A DNA stretch of 64,000 nucleotides from Bacteroidota bacterium. GTDB lineage: Bacteria > Bacteroidota > Bacteroidia > Sphingobacteriales > Sphingobacteriaceae. Where the stretch lies: assembly GCA_037033465.1 (NCBI GenBank), contig JAZBLX010000002.1:109299-173298 (forward strand). The letters run 5' to 3'. The translations under genes and the position numbers were made by a program. Below, piece after piece: positions 1-10,356 of this stretch. The notes beneath the pieces were generated by a model. The model worked only from the letters and a program-made list of their open reading frames with translations, did not search any database and was not told the DNA's origin. The first letter of the stretch is position 1, and the number at the start of each line of letters is the position of its first letter.

Positions 1-178
1 TAAACGATTGATCGATGATTTTGCACCAGGCTGATAATATATCTTCTTTACTCTCCTGCGAATTTACAGGGCTACGTTTGATTGAGTCATCAATCAGTGT
101 TCTTGTTTCTAAATCTACCAATGCGGCTGTAATATGCGAGCCGCCGATATCCACACCCAATGCTACAGGCTTTTCCAT
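1..178 (-). CDS. ROK-family sugar kinase/repressor, N-terminal fragment (continues past window start)
   Basis: Minus-strand reading from ATG (rc of cat 176-178) gives MEKPVALGVDIGGSHITAALVDLETRTLIDDS..., with the GxDxGG(S/T) phosphate-1 motif of ROK/ASKHA kinases. It is open to the window edge, so it is absent from the ORF track. The + ORF 15..212 is its antisense shadow. Confidence 0.6.
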   Translation of the reverse strand, partial: MEKPVALGVDIGGSHITAALVDLETRTLIDDSIKRSPVNSQESKEDILSAWCKIIDQSF

Positions 179-399
179 TCTATTTCTTATTTCTATATTA
201 ATTTTACGCTAGTCAAATCAGACATTAATTAGGCCGATACATGTGAGATCAAAGCTAATGAGTTATTATTTATTCACGATTCTGATCGATCAGCTACCCA
301 TTCTTAATATAACGGGAATGTTGGCGCCTATCGTATTCATTAAATTGATCAGCCTGCTTTGCTGCAAAATCCTGCCTTTATTCTGGATAAAAATTTCAC

Positions 400-2844
400 T
401 TATTTGATGTTCCACTGATCTGCCAGCATTTTTATAAAATACCCCCCGACAACACTTCTCGCCTGGAAACCAGTTTTCACCCCGGTTTTGGTTTCATGCC
501 AATCTGTTAACGGTACTTTGCTTGATGTTTCTGTAGCAAATTTATGCACAGGGTTGATAAATTTTTCAAAATCTACCTGGTTGTCAGCAAGGGTTGCAGT
601 CCACACAATCCAGTCAGATTTTGTATAATCCTTCCGGCTATCCAATGGCAAGCCGAATTCATTCTGTTTAGTTAAATAATAATCTATTTCCTTTTTATAC
701 ACCGCTTCAGGAAAAAGATTCAATTTCAAAAGCTTATCCCAAACCAGGTTATATTTTTGACTCCAGGTATTTTTATCATTAAAAGTCAGGGCGAAGTGAT
801 CACCGCCATCGGCAAGTTTTTGCCAGTTTTTAGCCATTTCTAAAGCTGCATTTCTATACTTTGTGGCGGTTTCCTTTTTACCTGATAATTCTGCCATTTG
901 TGCGTAAGCTCCCAAGCCAACAATAGCCTTTACAGATAAATTGGCATTTCTGGCCAGATGCCCTGCGAAATCGTCGGTGCATAACTGGTTAGCCGGATCA
1001 AACCCTTCCTTCAGCAGATAATCCGCCCATACAGACATTATATCCCAATGTTTAGCAGCATAAACGGTATTGCCATCTGCCCGGGTGATGGCCGCGGCTA
1101 AAATAAGCATGTTTCCAGCTTCTTCTACTGGCATGTCTTCTCCATAGATTTGTCCATTCGCAACCGGATAAGTACCTATATCGTGAGCGGGATAAGGTTT
1201 TTTCCATTTGCCGCTCTCCGAATAATAAAAAATTCCATTTAACATTCCTTTTAATAATTCGGGATTATAAAGCAAATACTGTGGTGCCGATGGATAAGTT
1301 ACATCAACTGTATTAATAAAACCTCCGCTAAAATTTTCTTTTGATAAAAAGAGCAGATCGCCATGTGGAGCATAAACAATTTTATGTGCTGCAATACTTT
1401 GGCGGTAGGCAAGTTTACATAGATCTGCGTATTTTTTACCTCCAACCTTTGTGGCATCTGCAACAAGTTTTGCATCGAATGCCTTTGTTTTAGCCTGCAG
1501 TGCTGAATATTCAGCATGAGCGGCAGCTAATTGATCTTCAAAACTTGCAGCTGCAGATTTTTTCCAGATCGGTGATAGCTGATCGCCAAAGTACTCTACC
1601 GACTTCAAGTCGTCATAACCCAACATGATATATTTTTCAATCAATTTTGAGGTGACTTTTCCAAACGGAATTACAGTGCCTAAATCCTGAGTCTTTACAT
1701 TTATCGCCTGTGGCGCCTGTGGATATTTCCCCAATTTAAACGCATTGATGTTATCACCCTGCTTACCAATAAACTGCACAGCATTAAATTCAGCTGGCAC
1801 CGCGATGTAGAGGTAACCCCAATCAATCCTTAAATCATCATTCTTCTTTTGCAAAACAGGTTGTTCTACCGTTCCGGCCTTTAAAATGAAAAGGTCGTTT
1901 TTAGTATTCTTCCAAACCGAAACAGGTTGGTTCGGGGTATTTACAGCGAGATCCGAGGAGGCACCAAAATAAACATCTACCTGATGTGCTTTGGCATCTG
2001 CAGATTTTACCGCGTAAGTAATATAGCTGATGGGTCTCGCAGTCAAATTCACATCGTTTAAGAGCAAAGGTGAAGTAAAGGTTAGCTTTAAATTCACACC
2101 ACCAGCAGTAAAGTTATAAGAAGTATTGGTGGCATTAACTGATACATTAGTTTGCGTGGCATTGATCACATTTGCAGCCATAGGAATTTCTTCTACAATA
2201 CCCGCATCGAGGAACCTGCCGCCAGCTGTATTTTTACAATTGATGGCTAAAATGTTGTCTCCTGCCTTCAAAACATCATCTGGAATTGGAATATAAATAT
2301 ACTCGTGTACCCAACCTTCCTTTTTGTAAATTAATTGATCATTGAGGTAAACCACCACATTATCATCATGGCTAAGCTTTAAATACTTTTTTGCCGCTGA
2401 CTTTTTAGCAATAGAAAATTTTCTCCGGTAAAAAATCTCGTCTGTATCCCATTTTGTTTTGGCCATCTGATCATCACCAAAAGGTGCTTTGCCAGTCATC
2501 CAGGAAGCCTGATTAAAATTTAGACTTTTCCATCCTTCTGCCGGCTTTTTAGTACTGTAACTGGCGTGATAATGCTCTTCATCAGCTGCTGCCAAAACCG
2601 TTTTATAACTTTTACTATCAGCTCCTAAAAACCTGTAAAAATGGTTGTCTACCTTTATAATTCCATTAAGGGAATGTTCCTTACCGGTCCAGTGTTTGGT
2701 GGTAGATTGGTTTAAGCCATCTCCAAAAGACCAGATGCTTAAATAAGTGTCGTGCGTAATTAAGGGATAGGCCGGCGCTTTATCTTGCGCGATGGTACAC
2801 ATACTGTATACCAATAAAACAGCCAGTGCATAAAGGTTTTTCAT
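400..2844 (-). CDS. Secreted glutaminase-A-like glycoside hydrolase (DUF4964/DUF5127/DUF4965/DUF1793 architecture) with an inserted galactose-binding-like domain
   Basis: 814 aa with a signal peptide. The N-terminus APAYPLITHDTYLSIWSF...HWTGKEH...YRFLG and the C-terminal (alpha/alpha)6-like region are typical of this family. It sits next to the LacI gene and the SusC/D pair. Confidence 0.7.
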   Translation of the reverse strand: MKNLYALAVLLVYSMCTIAQDKAPAYPLITHDTYLSIWSFGDGLNQSTTKHWTGKEHSLNGIIKVDNHFYRFLGADSKSYKTVLAAADEEHYHASYSTKKPAEGWKSLNFNQASWMTGKAPFGDDQMAKTKWDTDEIFYRRKFSIAKKSAAKKYLKLSHDDNVVVYLNDQLIYKKEGWVHEYIYIPIPDDVLKAGDNILAINCKNTAGGRFLDAGIVEEIPMAANVINATQTNVSVNATNTSYNFTAGGVNLKLTFTSPLLLNDVNLTARPISYITYAVKSADAKAHQVDVYFGASSDLAVNTPNQPVSVWKNTKNDLFILKAGTVEQPVLQKKNDDLRIDWGYLYIAVPAEFNAVQFIGKQGDNINAFKLGKYPQAPQAINVKTQDLGTVIPFGKVTSKLIEKYIMLGYDDLKSVEYFGDQLSPIWKKSAAASFEDQLAAAHAEYSALQAKTKAFDAKLVADATKVGGKKYADLCKLAYRQSIAAHKIVYAPHGDLLFLSKENFSGGFINTVDVTYPSAPQYLLYNPELLKGMLNGIFYYSESGKWKKPYPAHDIGTYPVANGQIYGEDMPVEEAGNMLILAAAITRADGNTVYAAKHWDIMSVWADYLLKEGFDPANQLCTDDFAGHLARNANLSVKAIVGLGAYAQMAELSGKKETATKYRNAALEMAKNWQKLADGGDHFALTFNDKNTWSQKYNLVWDKLLKLNLFPEAVYKKEIDYYLTKQNEFGLPLDSRKDYTKSDWIVWTATLADNQVDFEKFINPVHKFATETSSKVPLTDWHETKTGVKTGFQARSVVGGYFIKMLADQWNIK

Positions 2845-2965
2845 AATTATTTTTGGTTAGTTTTTATTTATAACGATCAGGCATACCAAACGAAGATTTG
2901 CATTTATTTACTGAACAGCATTATAATAGAAATGCACATTTTCAGAATGAAAAAGCAATTATACA

Positions 2966-2977
2966 TAAAACGTTTTA
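2966..2977. promoter_or_regulatory. Candidate LacI-family operator (perfect 12-bp palindrome TAAAACGTTTTA)
   Basis: Perfect palindrome centred on CG, about 122 nt upstream of the hydrolase start (2844). The same AAAACGTTTT core recurs upstream of susC at 9161-9170. Confidence 0.55.
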
Positions 2978-3051
2978 CCTTTTTCAATAATAGAGAGTAG
3001 CTGCAACAATTACAACGCCTTGTAGTAACAATTACATTACTGAATAAGAAA

Positions 3052-4053
3052 TTATCTTTCGATCAGTTTAGCGGGTAATATGATGTGCTCGTTATCGAGC
3101 TTTGTTTTAGAAGAAAGCTGACTTAGGATCAGCTGAATTACTGTTTCGGCAATCTCTTCAAGTGGTTGTTGTACAGCGGAAATCCCCGGGGTATGAAGCT
3201 CAAATACTTCATGATCATCATAGGCAATTACACTGAAATCATCACCAATTTTTTTGCCGGTTTGCTTTAATACTTTGAGTCCGCTTATGGCTAAATAATT
3301 TGTGGCAAAGAGCACCGCATCTATTTCTTCTGTTTGGAAAAGTTTTGCCATTTGGACCATTGTTTCATTTTCATTCTGATTGAAATGAACCTTTAATACC
3401 AGTTTTTCGTCATAAGGAATGTCGTAATCAGTCAGCGCTTTTTTATAAGCGGCCAAACGTTCTGTAATTTGCTGCACATCGATATCGATGGTGATCAGGG
3501 AGATTTTCTTTTTCCCTTGTTTTATAAAATGCTCAATAGAATGGTAAGTGGCTTTAAAATGATCTGCACCAACATAATTGGTATCCAAATCCGGTAGGTT
3601 CCTGTCGAACAAAATAACAGGTTTATTATCAGCCATTAACTGTTGAATATCTTCTTCCAGACCTTTTATAGGGGAAATGATATAACCATCAACCTTTCTC
3701 GACTTAAACATATTAATCAGTTCTTTCGCTTTTTCAATACGGTTTTCCGTGCTGGAATAAATAATTTTATACCCTTTTTTATAAGCCTTATCTTCAATTA
3801 ATCTGGCTATCCGTGAGAAGAATGAATTGGAAATATCTTCCACAATTAATCCGATAATGTTTGAGTTACCAGTTCTTAAACTTCTGGCAATCTGATTTGG
3901 TTTATAGCCGCTCTCTACAATAATTTTCTCTACTTTTTTAATTACGGCTTCGCTGATTGATTTATCTCTGGCTTTACCATTAATAATAAAAGAAACTGTA
4001 GTGATGGATACGCCAGCTTTGACGGCAATATCTTTTATAGAAAGGCTTTTCAT
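3052..4053 (-). CDS. LacI-family transcriptional regulator
   Basis: 333 aa. N-terminal HTH IKDIAVKAGVSITTVSFIINGK followed by a periplasmic-binding-protein-like sugar-binding fold. Confidence 0.9.
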   Translation of the reverse strand: MKSLSIKDIAVKAGVSITTVSFIINGKARDKSISEAVIKKVEKIIVESGYKPNQIARSLRTGNSNIIGLIVEDISNSFFSRIARLIEDKAYKKGYKIIYSSTENRIEKAKELINMFKSRKVDGYIISPIKGLEEDIQQLMADNKPVILFDRNLPDLDTNYVGADHFKATYHSIEHFIKQGKKKISLITIDIDVQQITERLAAYKKALTDYDIPYDEKLVLKVHFNQNENETMVQMAKLFQTEEIDAVLFATNYLAISGLKVLKQTGKKIGDDFSVIAYDDHEVFELHTPGISAVQQPLEEIAETVIQLILSQLSSKTKLDNEHIILPAKLIER

Positions 4054-4186
4054 TTATAGGAGCATATTTTTACCAGGTGAATTGCAGGCTAAACAACTAA
4101 AATTAGCCTGGTTTGGCGAATATAATGCATAATCATGAAGATTGATTGAATTGAACAAAGGAATTGTATTAATTTTCAACCCTGAA

Positions 4187-4226
4187 TGTAAAAATGCCCC
4201 CAATAAGTGTGTAACTTTTTGGGGGC
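4187..4226 (-). terminator. Likely intrinsic terminator after susD-like gene
   Basis: GCCCCCAA (4196-4203) pairs with TTGGGGGC (4219-4226), and a T-run follows on the minus strand (rc of 4187-4195). The loop is rather long (15 nt). Confidence 0.45.
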
Positions 4227-4252
4227 AGTACAAATTTGGTGCCTACTGTTAA

Positions 4253-5905
4253 TTAATAGCCAGGGTTCTGGGCTAAATTCTCGTTTAAGGTTCTTTGAAT
4301 TAAAGGAATTGGAAACAGCTGTCTGAACGGTGCTGATGGTGTATGATCCCACCATGTAGCGGTGTGGAATTTCCCGAAACGAATTAAATCGTCACGTCTA
4401 AAACCTTCAAATACAAACTCACGTCCTCTTTCGTTTAATAATTCATCAAGCGTTAAAGTGGCTGTGGTATACTGGTTTGCTGGCCAGGTAGCTTCTGTGA
4501 ACGCACGTTTCTTGCAGTCGTTAATTAATTGTACAGCCTCTGCATTTGCAGCCCCACCATTTTTACGCATAATGGCTTCTGCTTTTGCAAAATAGATCCA
4601 GGTAAGGCGATACAAATTCCAATCAGTACAATTGTAATTTAAATCGATACCAACAGGATTGCCATTTACGATACCAGCCACGTTGTTACCCAATTTATAT
4701 TTGTTAAAGCGCACGCCACTGTTCTCTTCACCTTCGCTCATGTTTGAAACAGTTGAATTTGCTCTGGCACGACGAATCTCATCAACGAAATTAATTTGCT
4801 GACCATCATATTCATTACCACCTGATGCAAGAGCTGGAGCACCATTATCAAAACGAAACTGTGGACCCTGTAATAACCAGGTACTTTTTCTCAAGTCATC
4901 GTTGCTATATTTAGTATAATTACCTGGAACCATCACCACGCCATTATTTCCATTTCTAGATCCACCATATATTCTGTCTTGCTGAAAATGGAAGAAGTCA
5001 CCGGTCCATGAGGGTTGCGAATTCGCAATTCTAAACTCGTAAGCAATTGCAAAAATAACTTCTTTCGATAGATCGTTAGTCGTTTTAAATTGATCAGTAA
5101 TGTTCGGATCCAATGCCATTGGACCATTCTGACCACCGCCTTCGTTGTTAATCAATTTATTAGCTGCAGCAATACAATCATCCCAGCGTGCAGTACCTGT
5201 CCAAACTTCGGCATTTAAATAAAGTTCTACCAACATGGCATATCCACCAGCTTGCGTCATACGTCCAAGCATGTTTTTCGAAAGTTTTGGAGCTTTATCA
5301 ATATTATCTTTGATTTCCTTCTCGATAAAGGCAAAAACTTCTGCACGCGGCCTGGTTTCGGGCTTTGCTGGTATTCCAATCTGAGTAACAATCGGAATAT
5401 TGCCGAACAGATCCATTAATTTAAGGTAATGATACGCCCTTAACAGTTTTAATTCAGAAATATAAGCGTCTTTTTCTACCTGGGTTACTCCCATTTGTGA
5501 TAGACTGCGTTTTTCTAAATTCTCAATTGGATCATTACAATAACCAACACCACCGAACATCAAACCCCATGCACTGTTTAACGGCCCATCATCTACCAAC
5601 CAGGTGTGGTAGTGCAAGCGTTTCCATTTTCCACCGTCTTCACCATGGCGCCCTTTTGTTGGCCACGCCAGCTGATCGCCAGAAAGCTCAGAAGGCCTCC
5701 ACCATCCATCCTGCCCAGAAGGAGTTGCCCAAGCGTTGGCATGAGTATAAGGTCGTAGCACAGCAGATAGCACTTCGTTTTTATTATTGTAATAATTATC
5801 TGTAATTAATTGACTGTATACATTCTCATCTAGCTTAGTACATGCATTAAATAGTATTGGTGAAGCTACTATCGCCGAGAGAATGACTTTTTTAAATGTT
5901 CTCAT
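4253..5905 (-). CDS. SusD/RagB-family nutrient-binding outer-membrane lipoprotein
   Basis: 550 aa with a lipoprotein signal (LFNAC). The C-terminal RGREF.FEG.R..DL.R and final NPGY are typical of SusD. It lies directly downstream of its SusC partner. Confidence 0.9.
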   Translation of the reverse strand: MRTFKKVILSAIVASPILFNACTKLDENVYSQLITDNYYNNKNEVLSAVLRPYTHANAWATPSGQDGWWRPSELSGDQLAWPTKGRHGEDGGKWKRLHYHTWLVDDGPLNSAWGLMFGGVGYCNDPIENLEKRSLSQMGVTQVEKDAYISELKLLRAYHYLKLMDLFGNIPIVTQIGIPAKPETRPRAEVFAFIEKEIKDNIDKAPKLSKNMLGRMTQAGGYAMLVELYLNAEVWTGTARWDDCIAAANKLINNEGGGQNGPMALDPNITDQFKTTNDLSKEVIFAIAYEFRIANSQPSWTGDFFHFQQDRIYGGSRNGNNGVVMVPGNYTKYSNDDLRKSTWLLQGPQFRFDNGAPALASGGNEYDGQQINFVDEIRRARANSTVSNMSEGEENSGVRFNKYKLGNNVAGIVNGNPVGIDLNYNCTDWNLYRLTWIYFAKAEAIMRKNGGAANAEAVQLINDCKKRAFTEATWPANQYTTATLTLDELLNERGREFVFEGFRRDDLIRFGKFHTATWWDHTPSAPFRQLFPIPLIQRTLNENLAQNPGY

Positions 5906-5916
5906 TTCTTTTATTA

Positions 5917-8900
5917 TTAAAATCCAAAATTAACACCGAAAACAAAACTTCTTGTGGTTGGGTAAGGACTTCTGACATCAATACCTAAACTGCGTCCATT
6001 GATTTCATTTCCTAAACCTACATCCTGAATGGTATCAGGATCATTGCCTGAATAACCTGTTATTAAAGCCAGGTTTTGTCCTACCGCATAAACGCGTAAG
6101 CTTCTGAAAGCTTTATCTTTAAATTTAAATGTGTACCCAAGCGTTACCTCGTCAAGTTTTAGAAAACTTGCATTTTCGACATAGTAATCAGAGTACATAT
6201 AGGTGTCGTTAATTTCTGCGTATTTGGTAAAAGCACTATTTAACAAATTCCCCTGAGTTCCAAATTTATTCCCATAAGATAAGGCAACAGTGTTAAGTGC
6301 ATCAAAGCCCAACTTACTTCTTAAGAATATTCTTAAGTCAAACTGTTTGTAAGTAAAGGTGTTTCCCAAGGAAAGATAATACTTCGGAATCGCATTACCG
6401 ATTGGCTGAAGATCAGTCTGATCTCTAAAAGGAGAAGTGTTGATCTGAGCATTAGGGACTGCCTGGCCTGCTCGGTTATAGAATAACCATTTACCTTCGG
6501 GTGTGAAGCCCGCAAAACGCTTACCCCAAAACTCGCCTATGTTACGGCCTTCATAAGTACGGAATGCATTTCCAAGAGCTCCTGCCCCACCAATACTACC
6601 AAACTCCACCATATCTCTTTTATAGATGTCATTTGAAAAAGTTTCTAACTTATTATCGATGGTGCTTCCTGCAAAATCAACATTCCAGGTGAAGTCGTTT
6701 CCTTTAATTGCTGCATAGCTTAAGGAAAGCTCTATCCCTTTAGCTGAAATAGTACCTACATTTGTATAAATTGAACCTTGAACAAACGGCGGTTGAGGGG
6801 AAGTATAAGTATAAAGTAAATCAACAGTATTACGTTTAAATACCTCTAAGGAACCACTGAGTCTGTTATCCAGCATTCCAAAGTCTATTCCCAAATTATA
6901 TTCACGTTTGCGTTCCCATCTTAAATCAGGATTTGGGTTACGTGATGGGCCATACGTTTGTAACCAGGTACCACCTGGGAAAGGGTAAAGATTACCAGTA
7001 CTCAAAGTAACCAGCGATGCATAATTTGCGAAACCAGAGTTACCTGTTTCTCCGTAGCCAGCTCTTAGCTTCAAGAAGTTAAGCCATTTGGTGTTTTCCA
7101 TAAATTTCTCGCGGGTGATTTCCCATGAAGCAGATAGAGCAGGGAAACTAGCCCACTTGTTGTTTCGTCCAAATCTTGAAGAACCCTCTCTCCTTAATAC
7201 CGCTTCAACGTTCACTTTACCATCGAATGTATAGTGTACACGACCGAACAATCCAATTAAGGTATTATCATCTTTAAAACTTCCGATACCAATTCTATTA
7301 ATACCAACAGGTACTGAACCCAGGTTATTTTCTTCGAAAAGATCGTTAGTATATCCGCGGTTGTTTGCACTAAATTCCTCATTTACTTCATAACGATAAG
7401 AATATCCCACCATTCCGGTTAAACGGTGTTTATCATTGATCATTTTGCTGTATTCTATGGTAGGTTCAAAATTGAAATTTTGTTCCAATCGCGTGCCTTT
7501 GTAAGCATAACCACCACCTGGAGAATCGCCATTTTCAACAGAATTCTGACTGCCGATTGCGCGGTATTGATTATCAATAAATTGGTTTCTTTGGTAAGCT
7601 ACAAATGCAGAGGCTTTCAAATCTTTTATGATATCAATATCGATCTTTCCATCTACCGAGTAGGTTTGCTGACTTCTTTTGTTCTTTTCTTGTTCTAAAC
7701 GAGCAATCTCATTAGTGATGTTCCTTGTAAACAAATAAGAGCCATCAGGATTGTAGTATGATTCTGTAGGGTTTTTAATTAACACAGGTTCCCAACCTCC
7801 GCCACCTAATAAGTTAGCATTATTGATGTTGGATGCAATATTAAACATGGCAGAAACTTTATCTTTGAAACCCTTTTGCGTTAGGCTCATTCTAAACTGA
7901 TATTGCTCCCTAGTGTTTGCCTTTGAGAAACCATCTAACTTATTATAAGTAAATGAGGCACGATAGGTAGATTTATCCCCACCACCAGCTACAGAAAGAT
8001 TTTGGTAATTGGTGAGATTGTCTTCATTAATTAATTCATTAAAATAATCAAAGTCACCTCCAAAATCCTGAGCTTTATATTGTCCACTTGCTAATTTTTC
8101 CCTGAATTGGGTTGCATTCATAAAATCAGGGCGTTCATACAATGTTTCATGTCTGAGATAGCCATTATAATTAAATTGAGAAGGACCTTTACGTCCTTTT
8201 TTAGTAGTTACCAGGATAACACCGGCATTGGCACGTGTACCATAAATTGCTGCTGCCGATCCATCTTTTAAAACAGTAAAAGACTCTATATCATCTTGTT
8301 GAAGTAAATCTAAGTTACCACCAGGAATGCCATCGATAACAATGAGTGGAGAAAGTGATCCAGAGATAGAAGTTACGCCTCGGAGTTGAATAGCTACACC
8401 AGAATTAGGATTGGAACTATTTCTGGAAATTTGTAAACCAGCCACCTTACCTTGTAATAAATCCAAAGCATTTCTCGCTCCACTCTGCCTGAATTGCGAA
8501 GTATCAACTTTGGTAATGGCAGAAGTTAATTCACGCTGACTACGTGTACCATACCCCACAACGACTACATCATCCAATTTCGTATCAGATGCTACAGCTA
8601 GCTTGATATTTAGATTAGTTTCAGCACCAACAGTTACGTTCTGTGTTTGATAACCGAGGAATGTAAACCGGATGACCTCATTTTCGTTTGCTTCAATTTT
8701 AAACTGCCCGTTGGCATCTGTTACCGTACCTTGTCCGGAGGTAATATTCTTAACCCCGACACCCGGAACACCCAGATTTTTTTCATCCACAACTTTCCCG
8801 GTAATTACCTTCCGCACACTTGCTTTGTGCCAGGGAACTTCAACCTCGAGAAGGCCATCGAAATCTTTTCGGTCAGATTCAGCCGAAAGCGCCGGAAAAC

Positions 8901-8952
8901 TCGACAAAACAATTGCAGAGATCCCAGTGAGTTTGAGTAAATTAATTTTCAT
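5917..8952 (-). CDS. SusC/RagA-family TonB-dependent outer-membrane transporter
   Basis: 1011 aa. Carboxypeptidase-regulatory-like segment (ITGKVVDE..GVPGVGV), plug region (VVVVGYGT), and a beta-barrel ending in F. Confidence 0.92.
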   Translation of the reverse strand: MKINLLKLTGISAIVLSSFPALSAESDRKDFDGLLEVEVPWHKASVRKVITGKVVDEKNLGVPGVGVKNITSGQGTVTDANGQFKIEANENEVIRFTFLGYQTQNVTVGAETNLNIKLAVASDTKLDDVVVVGYGTRSQRELTSAITKVDTSQFRQSGARNALDLLQGKVAGLQISRNSSNPNSGVAIQLRGVTSISGSLSPLIVIDGIPGGNLDLLQQDDIESFTVLKDGSAAAIYGTRANAGVILVTTKKGRKGPSQFNYNGYLRHETLYERPDFMNATQFREKLASGQYKAQDFGGDFDYFNELINEDNLTNYQNLSVAGGGDKSTYRASFTYNKLDGFSKANTREQYQFRMSLTQKGFKDKVSAMFNIASNINNANLLGGGGWEPVLIKNPTESYYNPDGSYLFTRNITNEIARLEQEKNKRSQQTYSVDGKIDIDIIKDLKASAFVAYQRNQFIDNQYRAIGSQNSVENGDSPGGGYAYKGTRLEQNFNFEPTIEYSKMINDKHRLTGMVGYSYRYEVNEEFSANNRGYTNDLFEENNLGSVPVGINRIGIGSFKDDNTLIGLFGRVHYTFDGKVNVEAVLRREGSSRFGRNNKWASFPALSASWEITREKFMENTKWLNFLKLRAGYGETGNSGFANYASLVTLSTGNLYPFPGGTWLQTYGPSRNPNPDLRWERKREYNLGIDFGMLDNRLSGSLEVFKRNTVDLLYTYTSPQPPFVQGSIYTNVGTISAKGIELSLSYAAIKGNDFTWNVDFAGSTIDNKLETFSNDIYKRDMVEFGSIGGAGALGNAFRTYEGRNIGEFWGKRFAGFTPEGKWLFYNRAGQAVPNAQINTSPFRDQTDLQPIGNAIPKYYLSLGNTFTYKQFDLRIFLRSKLGFDALNTVALSYGNKFGTQGNLLNSAFTKYAEINDTYMYSDYYVENASFLKLDEVTLGYTFKFKDKAFRSLRVYAVGQNLALITGYSGNDPDTIQDVGLGNEINGRSLGIDVRSPYPTTRSFVFGVNFGF

Positions 8953-9127
8953 TAGCTATTATTTATGTTTTGATATGAATTGGCTGATCATGAATGAATC
9001 ACTCGCTTTCATGGCAGAATAGTCTGCTATTCGCAAATACAAATTGATTCATTTGGTTAAAGTAATTTGGTTAGTTAGCTAGTTTTTCCGATTAACTAGC
9101 TCAATATTAGAAAAAATAATCAGCTAT

Positions 9128-9173
9128 TAAAACGATTTAGCAAGTAAAAAAAACGTTACAAAAACGTTTTAGT
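9128..9173. promoter_or_regulatory. Candidate LacI operator cluster upstream of susC (AAAACGTTTT core at 9161-9170 plus two degenerate copies)
   Basis: ACAAAAACGTTTTAGT (9158-9173) is a 16-bp palindrome with one mismatched pair. AAAACGATTT (9129-9138) and AAAACGTT (9149-9156) lie just upstream. All are in the 290-nt susC leader. Confidence 0.5.
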
Positions 9174-9242
9174 CATTAACGTAGAAAGAAACATGCAGAA
9201 TGACTAGTCATTTATGCGATAACGTGAAGCGGAAAAGTTCTA

Positions 9243-10346
9243 CTATTTGAGGTACGACAAAATCAAACCGGCTGTTTTTGCAGATGCGCCGGGTTTTCCC
9301 ATTAAGCCTAAAAGCTCGTCGTAATGATTAAGCATTGCTGATCTGCCCTCTCCCTTCAGAATTATATTCAATTCAGTATTTACACTAACAGGATTACAAT
9401 CTTCCTGAATCAGTTCGGTTACAATTCTTTTGTCTACGATGAGATTAACAAGGGAGATGAACCTTATTTTAACCAGCATTCTGGCAATAGCAATGGAGAT
9501 TGCCCCCCCTTTATAAACGACCACTTGCGGAAGCTTAAATAAAGCAGTTTCCAGCGTAGCTGTACCAGATGCTACAAGGGCCGCATGCGCTAAATTCAGC
9601 AGATTATAGGTATTATTAAAAAGAAGTTGAACTTTTTTTGTGCCTGTGAACTGATGGTAATAACTCTCAGAAAAAGTAGGTGCAGCGGCGATTACAAAAG
9701 CATAATCCGGATAATTATCAGTGATACTCAGCATTACCGGCAACAATCGTTCAATTTCCTGCTTTCTGCTCCCCGGAAGCAAAGCAATGATTTTTTGATC
9801 ACCAAGATTATTATTCGCTCTGAAATTTGCATCTGGATTGAATTGTGCAATTTCATCTAACAAAGGATTGCCCACATAATCAACCTTCATTCCCCATTCA
9901 CGGTAAAAATCTACTTCAAATGGCAGGATACAAAACATATGATCGACCACCTTTTTGATTTTGAGCACCCGTTTCCGGTTCCAGGCCCACACTTTTGGCG
10001 AAATATAATAACAGACCTTTATGCCATTCGCTTTCGCAAATTCGGCAATCTTCAGGTTGAAACCAGGAAAATCAATCAAGATCAAAACGTCTGGTTTCCA
10101 ATTCAGGATATCAGCTTTGCAAGCTTTTAAATTTTTAAAAATCGTTCTTAAATTCAAAACCACTTCCGTAAATCCCATAAAAGCCATTTCAGCATAGTGT
10201 TTTACGAGTTCTCCGCCTTCAGCCTGCATTTTATCACCACCAAAATACCTGAAAACAGCACTACCATCTTCAGCTTTCAAAGCCTTCATTAAATTTGCAC
10301 CGTGTAAATCGCCGGAGGCTTCTCCTGCTACGAGGTAATATTTCAT
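9243..10346 (-). CDS. lpxB: Lipid-A-disaccharide synthase
   Basis: 367 aa. MKYYLVAGEASGDLHGANLM N-terminus and overall GT19 pattern, in the conserved surE-lpxB neighbourhood. Confidence 0.92.
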   Translation of the reverse strand: MKYYLVAGEASGDLHGANLMKALKAEDGSAVFRYFGGDKMQAEGGELVKHYAEMAFMGFTEVVLNLRTIFKNLKACKADILNWKPDVLILIDFPGFNLKIAEFAKANGIKVCYYISPKVWAWNRKRVLKIKKVVDHMFCILPFEVDFYREWGMKVDYVGNPLLDEIAQFNPDANFRANNNLGDQKIIALLPGSRKQEIERLLPVMLSITDNYPDYAFVIAAAPTFSESYYHQFTGTKKVQLLFNNTYNLLNLAHAALVASGTATLETALFKLPQVVVYKGGAISIAIARMLVKIRFISLVNLIVDKRIVTELIQEDCNPVSVNTELNIILKGEGRSAMLNHYDELLGLMGKPGASAKTAGLILSYLK

Positions 10347-10356
10347 GTTCTAGTAT

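Noticed and set aside
15-212. 65-aa + strand ORF at the window start
   Set aside because: It is antisense to a much better ROK-family N-terminus (GVDIGGSH motif) read on the minus strand from ATG 178.
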